Shown here in pieces: positions 13,027 through 21,741 of a stretch of 52,528 bases of DNA. The notes below the pieces were generated by a model that ran no database searches, was not told the DNA's origin, and saw only the letters and a list, made by a program, of their open reading frames with translations. Position 1 is the stretch's first letter. Each line of letters begins with the position of its first letter. Origin of the DNA: Polyangiales bacterium. GTDB taxonomy: Bacteria > Myxococcota_A > Polyangia > Polyangiales > Polyangiaceae. The translations under genes were made by a program, and so were the position numbers. The stretch is from assembly GCA_038231275.1 (NCBI GenBank), contig JBBRLQ010000044.1, forward strand, positions 1 through 52,528, read 5' to 3'.

Positions 13027-13632
13027 CTACCCGCCCCACCGCCGATTCGGCCCGACGTCCGCGTGCACGAACCAGTCGTGCTCCTGCGTGTAGACGCCGA
13101 CGCCGCCGTCCCAACCGAGCGCGCGGATCTCCCTTTCGAGCTCGCGCGGGTCGACGCCGCGCTCTTCGTTCGTGGGGACGATCCGGAAATCGACGGCGTG
13201 GCCAAGTGAATGTTGGCTGTGCGACGCGACGTGGTGGCCCTTCTTGCGCATCATCTCGTTCAGCTTCGGGCTCCGGAAGCCGCTCACGAGTTCGATGCGA
13301 ACCGCGTTGCCGGCGTCGCCGTGGCGCTCGGCGAGGCGGCGCAGCAGATCGAGGAGGCGCGGGTCCATCTCGTGCGACGAGCCGGTCACGCGATCGGCGA
13401 GGAGCGCGGCGAACCGCTCGGCGGGTGGCGACGTGTCGTCGAGGAGGACGCGCTCGTCCGTGTGCGTCTGCACCAGCGTCGCCAAGAGCGGCGCGCGCGC
13501 GGCGTGCGCAGCGGACTTGCGCGAGGCGAGGCCCATCCCGTGCGGCACTGGGCCTTCCGCGGCGGTCACGCGCGCCACGAAGGCGCCGGCGAGCGCGGCG
13601 ATCCCGACGGCCACGACGAGGCGCATTTCCAC
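13027..13632 (-). CDS. YcbK/DUF882-like (M15A) zinc peptidase
   Basis: MDPRLLDLL, SGFRS, SQHSLGHAVDF, GGVGVY, FVHAD; GTG 13632 lies 6 nt after TAGACT (alternatives 13638, 13626). Confidence 0.85.
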   Translation of the reverse strand: MEMRLVVAVGIAALAGAFVARVTAAEGPVPHGMGLASRKSAAHAARAPLLATLVQTHTDERVLLDDTSPPAERFAALLADRVTGSSHEMDPRLLDLLRRLAERHGDAGNAVRIELVSGFRSPKLNEMMRKKGHHVASHSQHSLGHAVDFRIVPTNEERGVDPRELEREIRALGWDGGVGVYTQEHDWFVHADVGPNRRWGG

Positions 13633-13688
13633 GTGCACAGTCTAGCGCGGCCGTGCGGGAAGGCCGAGCTCTCGGCGACGTTTCCGCG

Positions 13689-16082
13689 TCAGGGCCGCCG
13701 CGGGTCGAAGCGGGAGCGCATGCCCTCGAAGAGCTTCGAGAACGTGTCGTCCACGAGGTGCGAGCCCTTCGCCCACGCGCTCGTGCGGAAAGGAAGCGCG
13801 GACTCGAACATCATCCACAGCGACTCGTCGTGCAGGCGATGCGGCCCCTCCGCCTTCTCCTCGCTCAGGTCCCAGATCGCGTCGTACGTCGACGTGGACA
13901 CGCCGTGCGACGTGAGGAGGGGCGTCAGGAAGGTGCAGCCCGGATCGTAGCCGTGCGACGGATGCGGGGTCGCGATGACACCGTTGATCTCGCTCGCCGC
14001 GTTGCGGTGCATGAACGGCGGCCGGAAGCTGTGCTCGAGGACGTCCCACCGCCCCGGGAAAATGACGAAGTCGGCAACGGCGCGGCCGTGATCGTCGAGC
14101 GGCGCGGTGAGCACCGTGAGGATCGACGGATCGGGGTGATCGAATTTGACCGATCCCATCGGGCTGAAGAGAGACAGGTCGTACGAGTACGGGACGTGCG
14201 CGCCGTGCCACGCGACGACGTCGAAGGCCGAGTGCTCTTGCGTCGCCCCGAAGAGGTTCCCGCCGAGCTTCGTGATGAGCTGGAAGCCGTCGGGGCAGAG
14301 GCGATCCTCGTACGACGCCGTCGGCGCGAGGAAGTGGCGCGCGTCGGCGAGGCCGTTCGAGCCGATGGGGCCGCGCTCGGGGAGGCGGAGGCGGCGGCCG
14401 TACACCTCGAGCATCCAGCCGCGTCCTTCTCCCTCGGCGAATCCGACAGCGAACTTGATCGCGCGCGGAATGATCGCGATCGATCCCGGCGGGACGCGCA
14501 GCCACCCGAGCTCTGTGCGGAGCTCGAGGGTGCCGCTCTGCGGGACGAGGAGCAGATCGCCGTCCGCGCTCGAAAACGCGCGATCGATCATGTCTGCGTT
14601 CGAGGCGTACATGTGCACGAGATAGCCGGGACCCGACGTCGGATCGCCGGCGCCGCCGAGCGTCGCGAGCCCATCGACGAAATCGATGCGCGCGGGCGCC
14701 GCGGGGATCGGCATCGGTCGCCACCGCGTCCGGTTCGGGGTCACCGCCTCGAGCGGAGACAAGAACGCGCCAGGCGCGAGCGGCACCAGCTCTCCATGCG
14801 AAAACGCTGCGCGGACGCGGTAGAGCCACGCGCGCGAGCTCTCGGCGTTGCGAACGGTGAACGGCGTGCCGTTGACGAGCTCGGGGACGAGCCCGTACGG
14901 GCTCAGGCGCGGCGCGTTCTGCCGTCGGGGGAGGGCGCCGGGGAGGGCTTCGGACTCATGGGTCCCACCAAATCCGGGCTGCGTGGCGAGGCCCTCGGGC
15001 CCACGAAGGGTCGAGGTCGAGGTCGAGGTCGAGATCGGAGCGAAGGCCCGCTCGATCATCGCGGTGAGAGACGCCCGCTCGAGCGCCCGCGGACGAAGCT
15101 CCGAATTGGCCAGCAGTGCGTCCACGACGCGCGGGATGCCCTCGTGCGGCATGCCTAGCGCGCTGAGGCTCGTCGCGACGCCGGTCGCGCGCGCGAGCTG
15201 ATCGAGCGCCGTCACCGGGTCCACCACGCCAAGCGCCCGCGCGAGCGCGCTCATCGCCTCGGGCGCCGCCTCACGATGAAACCGCACCACGTGAGGCAGC
15301 ATCGCGGCGTGCGTCTGCGCGTGCGGCAGATCGAACATCCCGCCGAGCACGTGGCAAATCTTGTGATGGAGCCCTGCGCCGGAGTCCGAGAACGCCGCGC
15401 CCGCGAGGTACGCTCCTTCGAGCCCTAGCTCACGCGCCTCGGCGTCGCCCGGGTCCTCCGCGAGCCGTCGCAGGCTCGGCGCGATCAGGCCCAGCGCGGC
15501 CTCGGCGACGACGTGCGTCGCGCGATCGGCGTCGTTCACCCACAGCGCCTCGACCGCGTGCGCCATCGCGTTCCACAGACTCGGGAGCGCCACGCCCCGC
15601 GGCAGGCTCGCGACGCGATCGGGATCGTAGACGATGACGGCGGCACGAACACGCTCGTCGCTCCCCGTCCGCTTCTCGCCGCCGGCCGTCACTCCGTACA
15701 CCGCGGTCATCTCCGATCCCGAGTACGTCGTCGGCACCGCGACGATCCGAATGCTCGTCTCGAGCGCGAGCGCCTTCGCCAGGCCGATCGCGGACCCGCC
15801 ACCCAGCGCGAGCACGACATCCGCGCCGGACGCGTCGAGCGCACGTCGCGCGGCCTTCACCGTCTCGACCGGCACATGCTCACGCGCCTCCGCGAAGACC
15901 CCTGCCGCGCGATCCTCCAGCCGAGCGCTCAGGTGCGCCGCGTCCTTCACGCGCCCTGGCGTGCACACGACGAGCACCTTCGTCGCGCCGAGCTCTTCCA
16001 CGACGCCGCGCAGCTCTTCGGAGCTCCCGACGCCGAACACGATCGTGGACGTCCCGCGCCGAATCGAAAAATGCCGTGCCAT
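13689..16082 (-). CDS. hmgA: maleylacetate reductase-like / homogentisate 1,2-dioxygenase fusion
   Basis: N-half: GGGSAIGLAKA, PTTYSGSEMT, NAMAHAVEA, GLHHKICHVLGG, LPHAQTH. C-half: SEALPGALP, WLYR, LPERGPIGSNGLA, FDVVAWHG, FDHPDPSILTVLT, RPPFMHRN..SE, SHG. Confidence 0.9.
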   Translation of the reverse strand: MARHFSIRRGTSTIVFGVGSSEELRGVVEELGATKVLVVCTPGRVKDAAHLSARLEDRAAGVFAEAREHVPVETVKAARRALDASGADVVLALGGGSAIGLAKALALETSIRIVAVPTTYSGSEMTAVYGVTAGGEKRTGSDERVRAAVIVYDPDRVASLPRGVALPSLWNAMAHAVEALWVNDADRATHVVAEAALGLIAPSLRRLAEDPGDAEARELGLEGAYLAGAAFSDSGAGLHHKICHVLGGMFDLPHAQTHAAMLPHVVRFHREAAPEAMSALARALGVVDPVTALDQLARATGVATSLSALGMPHEGIPRVVDALLANSELRPRALERASLTAMIERAFAPISTSTSTSTLRGPEGLATQPGFGGTHESEALPGALPRRQNAPRLSPYGLVPELVNGTPFTVRNAESSRAWLYRVRAAFSHGELVPLAPGAFLSPLEAVTPNRTRWRPMPIPAAPARIDFVDGLATLGGAGDPTSGPGYLVHMYASNADMIDRAFSSADGDLLLVPQSGTLELRTELGWLRVPPGSIAIIPRAIKFAVGFAEGEGRGWMLEVYGRRLRLPERGPIGSNGLADARHFLAPTASYEDRLCPDGFQLITKLGGNLFGATQEHSAFDVVAWHGAHVPYSYDLSLFSPMGSVKFDHPDPSILTVLTAPLDDHGRAVADFVIFPGRWDVLEHSFRPPFMHRNAASEINGVIATPHPSHGYDPGCTFLTPLLTSHGVSTSTYDAIWDLSEEKAEGPHRLHDESLWMMFESALPFRTSAWAKGSHLVDDTFSKLFEGMRSRFDPRRP

Positions 16083-16187
16083 CGCCGCCTGCCTTGTGCG
16101 CTTCGCGCGAGCGCCTATGCTCTCCGCCCAAGCAGCAGCATAGGTGAGGAGGACGATCGTGAAGCTCCATTTCCACTATCTCCCGCG

Positions 16188-17696
16188 GTGAGCGCGTTTC
16201 CCGAGACGATCCCGGCGCTCCTCGAGTGGCGCGCCGCGCGCGAGCCGAAGCGTGCCTGGCTCTTCTTCGAGGAGGCTTCGTGGACGCTCGCCGACGTGAA
16301 GCGCGAGGTCGATCGGTTCGCCGTTGGGCTCGCGACGCGCGGCGTCGTGAAGGGGGACCGCGTCGCGATCCTGCTCGGAAATCGCCCCGAGACGCTCTTC
16401 ACGTGGCTCGCGGCCAATCGAATCGGAGCGATCGCGGCGATCCTCAACCCGGCGTACAAGCAGGCCGAGCTGGTCGGTGTCTTCCGACTCATCCAGCCTC
16501 GCATCGTGGTCACCGACGAGCATCGCGCGCTCGTCGAGGCGGCGTTCACGGAGCTCCCCGCCGCGCCGAAGATCGCGACGCCCGCAGAGCTCCCCGAAGG
16601 CGGGTCCCCGCCACGTGTCGTCGTCAAGCCGGACGACGTGTGCGTCCTCATTGCGACGTCGGGGACGACCGGCGCACCGAAAGCGGTGATGCAAACGCAC
16701 CGCGCGTACACGCTGACGGCGGAGGCGTTCCCGGCGTGGCTCGGCCTGACCGACGACGACCGGCTGCTCGCTCCGCTCCCGTTTTTCCACGTCAACGCGC
16801 AGGCGTACTCGGCGATGGGCGCGCTCGCGACGGGGTCCCTCGCGATCCAGCGAAAATTCTCGGCGTCGCGCTTCTGGGAAGAGGCGCGCGCGCTCGGGGC
16901 GACGCAGTTCAACGCGGTGGGGGCGATGATGCACATCCTGCTCCGCACCGAGGCGCGCGCGGCGGATCGCGAGCACGCGATCCGCATCTGCTACGGCGCC
17001 CTCGCGTTGCCGAAGGCGACCCACCGCGCGTTCGAGGAGCGCTTCGGCCTGGCGCTGACCGTCGGCTACGGAATGAGCGAAACGACGTTCGGCACGATCT
17101 GGCCGCTCGGCGAGGCGCCGCGCTACGGCACCATCGGACGCCTCCGCCAGCACCCTCGCCTCGGCGAAATAAACCGCGCGCGCATCGTCCGCGACGACGG
17201 CAAGGACGCCTCGGACGGCGAGGCCGGCGAGCTGTGGCTGTCGAATCCCGGAACGATGGCCGGCTACTGGAACGATTCCGCGCAATCGAACGTCGCCCTC
17301 GACGGCGGATGGCTCCACACCGGCGACCTCGTGCGCCGCGACGGGGACGACACGTTCACGTTCGTGTCGCGAAAGAAGGACGTCATCCGGCGCCGCGGCG
17401 AGAACGTCACCTCCGCCGAGATCGAGGGCGTGCTCGCCGCGTTCGACGGCGTGGCAGAGGTGGCCGTGATTGCCGTCCCGTCGGACCTCGGCGAGGACGA
17501 CATCGCGGCCTACGTGGCTCCGCTCCCAGGGCGCACGCTCGACGTGGAGCAGCTTCGCGCGTGGGCGAAGGAGCGCTTGGCAGATTTCAAGGTGCCCTCG
17601 TCGTTCCACGTCCGCGACGCCCTGCCGAAGACGGCCACGGCGCGGATCGCGAAGCATCTCCTTCGCCCCGAGCGGCCCGACCCGTCCGCGAAATAG
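16188..17696 (+). CDS. acyl-CoA ligase (CaiC-like ANL adenylating enzyme)
   Basis: TSGTTGAPK, PFFHVNAQ, FSASRFW, GYGMSE, HTGD, RRRGENV, PKTATARI. Confidence 0.92.
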   Translation: MSAFPETIPALLEWRAAREPKRAWLFFEEASWTLADVKREVDRFAVGLATRGVVKGDRVAILLGNRPETLFTWLAANRIGAIAAILNPAYKQAELVGVFRLIQPRIVVTDEHRALVEAAFTELPAAPKIATPAELPEGGSPPRVVVKPDDVCVLIATSGTTGAPKAVMQTHRAYTLTAEAFPAWLGLTDDDRLLAPLPFFHVNAQAYSAMGALATGSLAIQRKFSASRFWEEARALGATQFNAVGAMMHILLRTEARAADREHAIRICYGALALPKATHRAFEERFGLALTVGYGMSETTFGTIWPLGEAPRYGTIGRLRQHPRLGEINRARIVRDDGKDASDGEAGELWLSNPGTMAGYWNDSAQSNVALDGGWLHTGDLVRRDGDDTFTFVSRKKDVIRRRGENVTSAEIEGVLAAFDGVAEVAVIAVPSDLGEDDIAAYVAPLPGRTLDVEQLRAWAKERLADFKVPSSFHVRDALPKTATARIAKHLLRPERPDPSAK

Positions 17697-17739
17697 CCTT
17701 CTTTTACCGTCTCTTGTGGGCTACCCTCGCTCGCGAGCC

Positions 17740-18336
17740 ATGGCCGACCCGACCTCAGACGTTGAGCTCCTCCGCCGCATCGGCGCGGGCGACGCGCAGG
17801 CCGTGGGAGAGCTCTACGATCGCTACGTCGCGATGCTCATGCCGCTCTCGCTGCGCATCCTCCGCCAGCGCGCCGAGGCGGAGGACGTGGTCCACGACGC
17901 GTTCGTCGCGGTGTCCGAGCGCGCCGGGCAATACGCCGAAGAGCGCGGAACCGTCGCCGCGTGGCTCGTCACCCTCGTCCGCAACCTCTCGATCGACCGA
18001 ACGCGCCGCCGCGATCGCCGCGGGACCCTCGCGCGCGACGTCATCGCGCACGAGCCGGTCGCGCCGCCCGCCGATCCGGAGACGCTCACTTCAGACGCCT
18101 CCGAGCGCGCCAAGATCCGCCGCGCGCTCGCGCAGCTCCCCGAGGCGCAGCGCCAGACGCTCGAGGTCGCGTTCTACGAGGGTCTCTCGTACCCCGAGAT
18201 CGCGGCGCGCGAGAACGTTCCGCTCGGCACCATCAAGTCGCGCGCCGCTCGCGCGCTCGGCTCGCTCCGCGAGGCGCTCCAGAAAGAGGGCGTGAGCCTC
18301 GAGGACTTCGGCGTCCCCACCACCGGCAAGACGTGA
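17740..18336 (+). CDS. ECF sigma-70 factor
   Basis: AEDVVHDAF, WLVTLVRNLSID, GLSYPEIA..PLGTIKSR. Confidence 0.92.
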   Translation: MADPTSDVELLRRIGAGDAQAVGELYDRYVAMLMPLSLRILRQRAEAEDVVHDAFVAVSERAGQYAEERGTVAAWLVTLVRNLSIDRTRRRDRRGTLARDVIAHEPVAPPADPETLTSDASERAKIRRALAQLPEAQRQTLEVAFYEGLSYPEIAARENVPLGTIKSRAARALGSLREALQKEGVSLEDFGVPTTGKT

Positions 18337-18348
18337 AGGCGTGACGAC

Positions 18349-19194
18349 ATGACGACCATCCAGCACGACGAAGGCGCGGTCACCCAGCGCGCCGTCCCGG
18401 GGCCCGCGCTCTACTTCACTGCCGCCATCCCCGACGCGCCCAAAGCCTTCGTGGGCCTCCTCCACGGCTACGCCGATCACGCCGCGCGCTACGCCCACGT
18501 GATGGACCTGTGGGCCGAGCGCGGCATCGGCACCGTCGCCCTCGACATGCGCGGCCACGGTCGCGCCACCGGCACCCGCGGCTACTGCGCCCGCTTCGAC
18601 GAGTTCTTGGACGACGCCGCCGAGCTCTCGCGCCTCGTCTCCGATCGCGCGCGTGGCGCCGCGTCGTTCCTCTTCGGCCACAGCTTCGGCGGCCTCGTCG
18701 CCGCGCTCAGCGTCCTCGAGCAGCAGCGCGCGTGGCGCGGCCTCGTCTTGAGCTCCCCGTACTTCGGCCTCGCGATGGAGGTCCCCGCGGCGAAGATCTG
18801 GGCGGGCCGCATCGCCTCGCGCATCGCGCCGAAGCTCGGCATTCCCGCGGGCATCAAGGGCAACCAGCTCACCCACGACGCCAAGCGCGCGAAGGACTAC
18901 GAGGACGATCCGCTCGTGTTCAAAGAGGCCCGCGCCCGCTGGTTCGTCGAGGCGACCAAAGCGCAGGGTCGCGTCCTCTCCCGGGCGGGCGAGCTCACGC
19001 TGCCCCTCTACATGCTCTTCGGCACCGCCGATCCGGTCGCAAAGTGCGCGAGCGGCAAACAGTTCTACGACGCCGCCGGCAGCGCCGACAAGACCTGGGA
19101 CGGCCGCGAGGGCATGCTGCACGAGACGCTGAACGAGCCGGACTGGAAGGACAACGCGGGGAAGATCGCGGACTGGATCCTCGCGCACGCGTAG
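18349..19194 (+). CDS. lysophospholipase/monoacylglycerol-lipase-type alpha/beta hydrolase
   Basis: HGYADH, DMRGHG, GHSFGG, GTADPV, HETLNE. Confidence 0.9.
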   Translation: MTTIQHDEGAVTQRAVPGPALYFTAAIPDAPKAFVGLLHGYADHAARYAHVMDLWAERGIGTVALDMRGHGRATGTRGYCARFDEFLDDAAELSRLVSDRARGAASFLFGHSFGGLVAALSVLEQQRAWRGLVLSSPYFGLAMEVPAAKIWAGRIASRIAPKLGIPAGIKGNQLTHDAKRAKDYEDDPLVFKEARARWFVEATKAQGRVLSRAGELTLPLYMLFGTADPVAKCASGKQFYDAAGSADKTWDGREGMLHETLNEPDWKDNAGKIADWILAHA

Positions 19195-19215
19195 ACTCCG
19201 ACTCCGATTAAATGA

Positions 19216-19247
19216 CGAAGGCCCCGCGCAAGTGCACGGAGCCTTCG
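19216..19247 (-). terminator. hairpin between convergent genes
   Basis: CGAAGGC...GCCTTCG stem; C.A mismatches become G-U on the minus strand, followed by GTCATTT. Confidence 0.55.
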
Positions 19248-19265
19248 GTCAACCGAGTGAGTCGC

Positions 19266-19988
19266 TCAGGGCTTGCAGTAGCCGAGCTGATGGCCCTTCG
19301 TGCTGAACGGCGTGCAGGTGCCCGCCGCGCAGTCGCTCTGCTGGGCGCAGATTTGCACAGAGCCGGCCGCGCAGTTCGCCTCGCAGAACGTGCCCTTGAT
19401 CTTCGAGCCGAACAGCGTGCCGCACACCGGATCGCTCTGGACGGTACCGTGGAGGCAGCACGTCTGGCCGCCCGCGCACTGGAGAGTGCTGTCGCACTGG
19501 AAGGTCGCGCCGCCGTCGGGGACTGCGCAGCCCGCCGGGCCGCCCGCATTGCATGACTCGGGGCCCGTGTTGTCGTTATGGCAGCAGGTATCGCCGCTCG
19601 GGCAAAGGCACTGATCACCCTTGCACTTGCCGCCGTCCGGCAGGGGGTTGAAACCGCAGTACGGGCCGACACCACCATCGGAGGGGTGGAGGGTCGGGAT
19701 CGCGCCGCAGTCTGCGCCCGCGTCGCCGCTGGAGCCGGAGCTGCCGCTGGAGCCGGAGCTGGAGCCGGAGCTGCCGCTGCTGGAGCCAGAGCTGCCGCTG
19801 CTGGAGCCAGAGCTGCCGCTGCTGGCGCCGGAGCTGCCGCTCGTGCCGGAGCTGCCGCTCGAGCCGCTGCTGCCGGAATCTCCGCCCGGAACGGTAACCG
19901 TCTGGTCGCTGCTACACGCGGCGACGCCGAAGCCGCCCATCGTCAACAAGCCTGCCACTGCCAGGAAAGCAATCTGCCGCGTCTTCAT
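19266..19988 (-). CDS. Cys-rich lipoprotein with Ser/Gly linker
   Basis: Lipobox VAAC, (GSS)n linker, Cys-rich C-terminal domain with CC pairs. Confidence 0.82.
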   Translation of the reverse strand: MKTRQIAFLAVAGLLTMGGFGVAACSSDQTVTVPGGDSGSSGSSGSSGTSGSSGASSGSSGSSSGSSGSSSGSSGSSSGSSGSSGSSGDAGADCGAIPTLHPSDGGVGPYCGFNPLPDGGKCKGDQCLCPSGDTCCHNDNTGPESCNAGGPAGCAVPDGGATFQCDSTLQCAGGQTCCLHGTVQSDPVCGTLFGSKIKGTFCEANCAAGSVQICAQQSDCAAGTCTPFSTKGHQLGYCKP

Positions 19989-20187
19989 CGTTTCCACCTA
20001 TTTTGGATGTAGTCCCCGAACCCAAGGCGCAATCGTCTAGCACGGCACTCCCGCGATGACCACGCGCCGTACGTCGCTTTTTCGCGACAAGCGTGGACAT
20101 GTCCGGCTCACGGCCCGTTGATCACGGGAAAATGAGGGCAAATCCGCCGCTTGAGGCGGCCTCTTCTTGGCACGCCAAAGTGGCGTC

Positions 20188-21234
20188 TCAGTCACGTTTT
20201 GCAGACGATTTCGACGCCGACACCGTCGACGTCTTCGACCATGGGTACGTGAGGAGCGTGAACGTAGGGGTCACCCCCCAGGCCTCGCGGCGCGTCTTCT
20301 CCCAGGCCATCACGCGCCCCGACACGATCACCGCGGTCGTCGCGAGCGTGATGCCGGCGAAGATGTCGATGAGGTAGTGCCAGCGGAGGAACATCGTCGC
20401 GCAGATGATCTGCGACGCGAAGAACGCCATCGGCAGCCACGTGTACTTGAACGGCAGCTTGTGCCGGTAGCGGTACGAGAAGATCGCGAAGTACGTCGGC
20501 GCCGCGGTGTGCAGGCTCGGGAAGATGTCCTTCTGCGCGCCGCCCGCGTCGACGGCCTCTTTCACGAGACCCCAGAACACGCCGCCGCGGAGCTCGTGCT
20601 GGAACTGCCCGGCGAGGTGATGGTACGGGCCCCAGCCCGGCACCAGCATGTAGACGAGGTGCCCGGTGCAGAACACGATGAAGATGCCGAAGCTGAAATG
20701 CGCGAGCATCTCCTTGTCGCGCGCCGCCAGCATCATCGGGAAGATGTGCGCGATCAGGAAGAAGAAGTACCCGAAGTAGAAGAACGCGAACCACTCGGTG
20801 GTCACCGGCGTGACGAACTGATCCCAGGCGACGCTCGGCTCGACGCCGAAGACGCGCATGTCGAACGCGAGGATCGAGGCGTCGACGGATCGCTCGCTCA
20901 CCGCCGGCAAGATGGTGCGCAGCTGGAAGTAGGAGAGGAAGACCGCCAGGAAGACGGACATGCGGTAGACGAGGCCGTTGGCAAACGACCCGTGCTTGAG
21001 AATGCCGCCACGCGTGAGGGCGACGGCGACGGCGAAGACGCTGAGGTCGACCGCGACGAGCTGCGCGCTCTCGGCGCGGCCGTGCCCGGTGCCAATCGCG
21101 AGCGCGAAGAGCAGGAGCCCGAAGTAGAGCGCGATCCACCAATCCTGCGCGCTCATGTTCTTGATGAGCCGCGTCGTCCACCCTTCGGCGGTCGGGCTGA
21201 ACGTGGCGTCGCGGTGGAGGAGCTGTTGGGTCAT
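20188..21234 (-). CDS. PAP2 superfamily membrane protein, inositol-phosphorylceramide-synthase-like
   Basis: Multiple TM helices; FD..VFG, VPGWGP, FPSLH, HYLID. Confidence 0.82.
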   Translation of the reverse strand: MTQQLLHRDATFSPTAEGWTTRLIKNMSAQDWWIALYFGLLLFALAIGTGHGRAESAQLVAVDLSVFAVAVALTRGGILKHGSFANGLVYRMSVFLAVFLSYFQLRTILPAVSERSVDASILAFDMRVFGVEPSVAWDQFVTPVTTEWFAFFYFGYFFFLIAHIFPMMLAARDKEMLAHFSFGIFIVFCTGHLVYMLVPGWGPYHHLAGQFQHELRGGVFWGLVKEAVDAGGAQKDIFPSLHTAAPTYFAIFSYRYRHKLPFKYTWLPMAFFASQIICATMFLRWHYLIDIFAGITLATTAVIVSGRVMAWEKTRREAWGVTPTFTLLTYPWSKTSTVSASKSSAKRD

Positions 21235-21385
21235 CGCGTTCGTAGAGGGCCGTGCAAGACTCCGGCCTGTCACCAAGCTCGGCGTTGTCGCTATGACATC
21301 GCGCAGGGACCGAGGAAAGGCGAAATCGGGCGCGAACCACGCTGCGCAGTGCGAAGGTCGGTTTACGCTCGTGACGGACGGCGCG

Positions 21386-21703
21386 TTACACGTCGACGGG
21401 TACAGGACGTATGCGGAGGAGGCCGAGGCCCGGTCGCATCTTCGCCTGACAGGCGAGGCGGCGCTTCTTCGGGTCGTCGCCGAAGACATCGAGGATGTCG
21501 AGCTCCTCGTCTTCCGGGGGCATCAGCTGGTCCATTCCTTCGAGGACGTCGACGCGGCACGTGCCGCAGCTCGCGCTCCGGCAGGAGAACGGAACCGGCG
21601 TCGGGTTGTCGTCGCAGAGATCGACGAGCTGGCCTCCGTCTTTCGCATCGAGGGTCACGGACGCGCTGGGGGCTTCGAGGGATTCGATGACGACCTTGGG
21701 CAT
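21386..21703 (-). CDS. 2Fe-2S ferredoxin
   Basis: FSCRSASCGTC ... RLACQ. Confidence 0.92.
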   Translation of the reverse strand: MPKVVIESLEAPSASVTLDAKDGGQLVDLCDDNPTPVPFSCRSASCGTCRVDVLEGMDQLMPPEDEELDILDVFGDDPKKRRLACQAKMRPGLGLLRIRPVPVDV

Positions 21704-21741
21704 GTGCGACGAGGCTCCGAGGCGCGGACTTTGGTACGGCT

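Noticed and set aside
17740..18336. ECF sigma factor without an adjacent anti-sigma
   Set aside because: Common in large genomes; nothing else unusual visible.
20168..20185. TGGCACG as a sigma-54 promoter
   Set aside because: No TTGC at -12 and no downstream gene on that strand.
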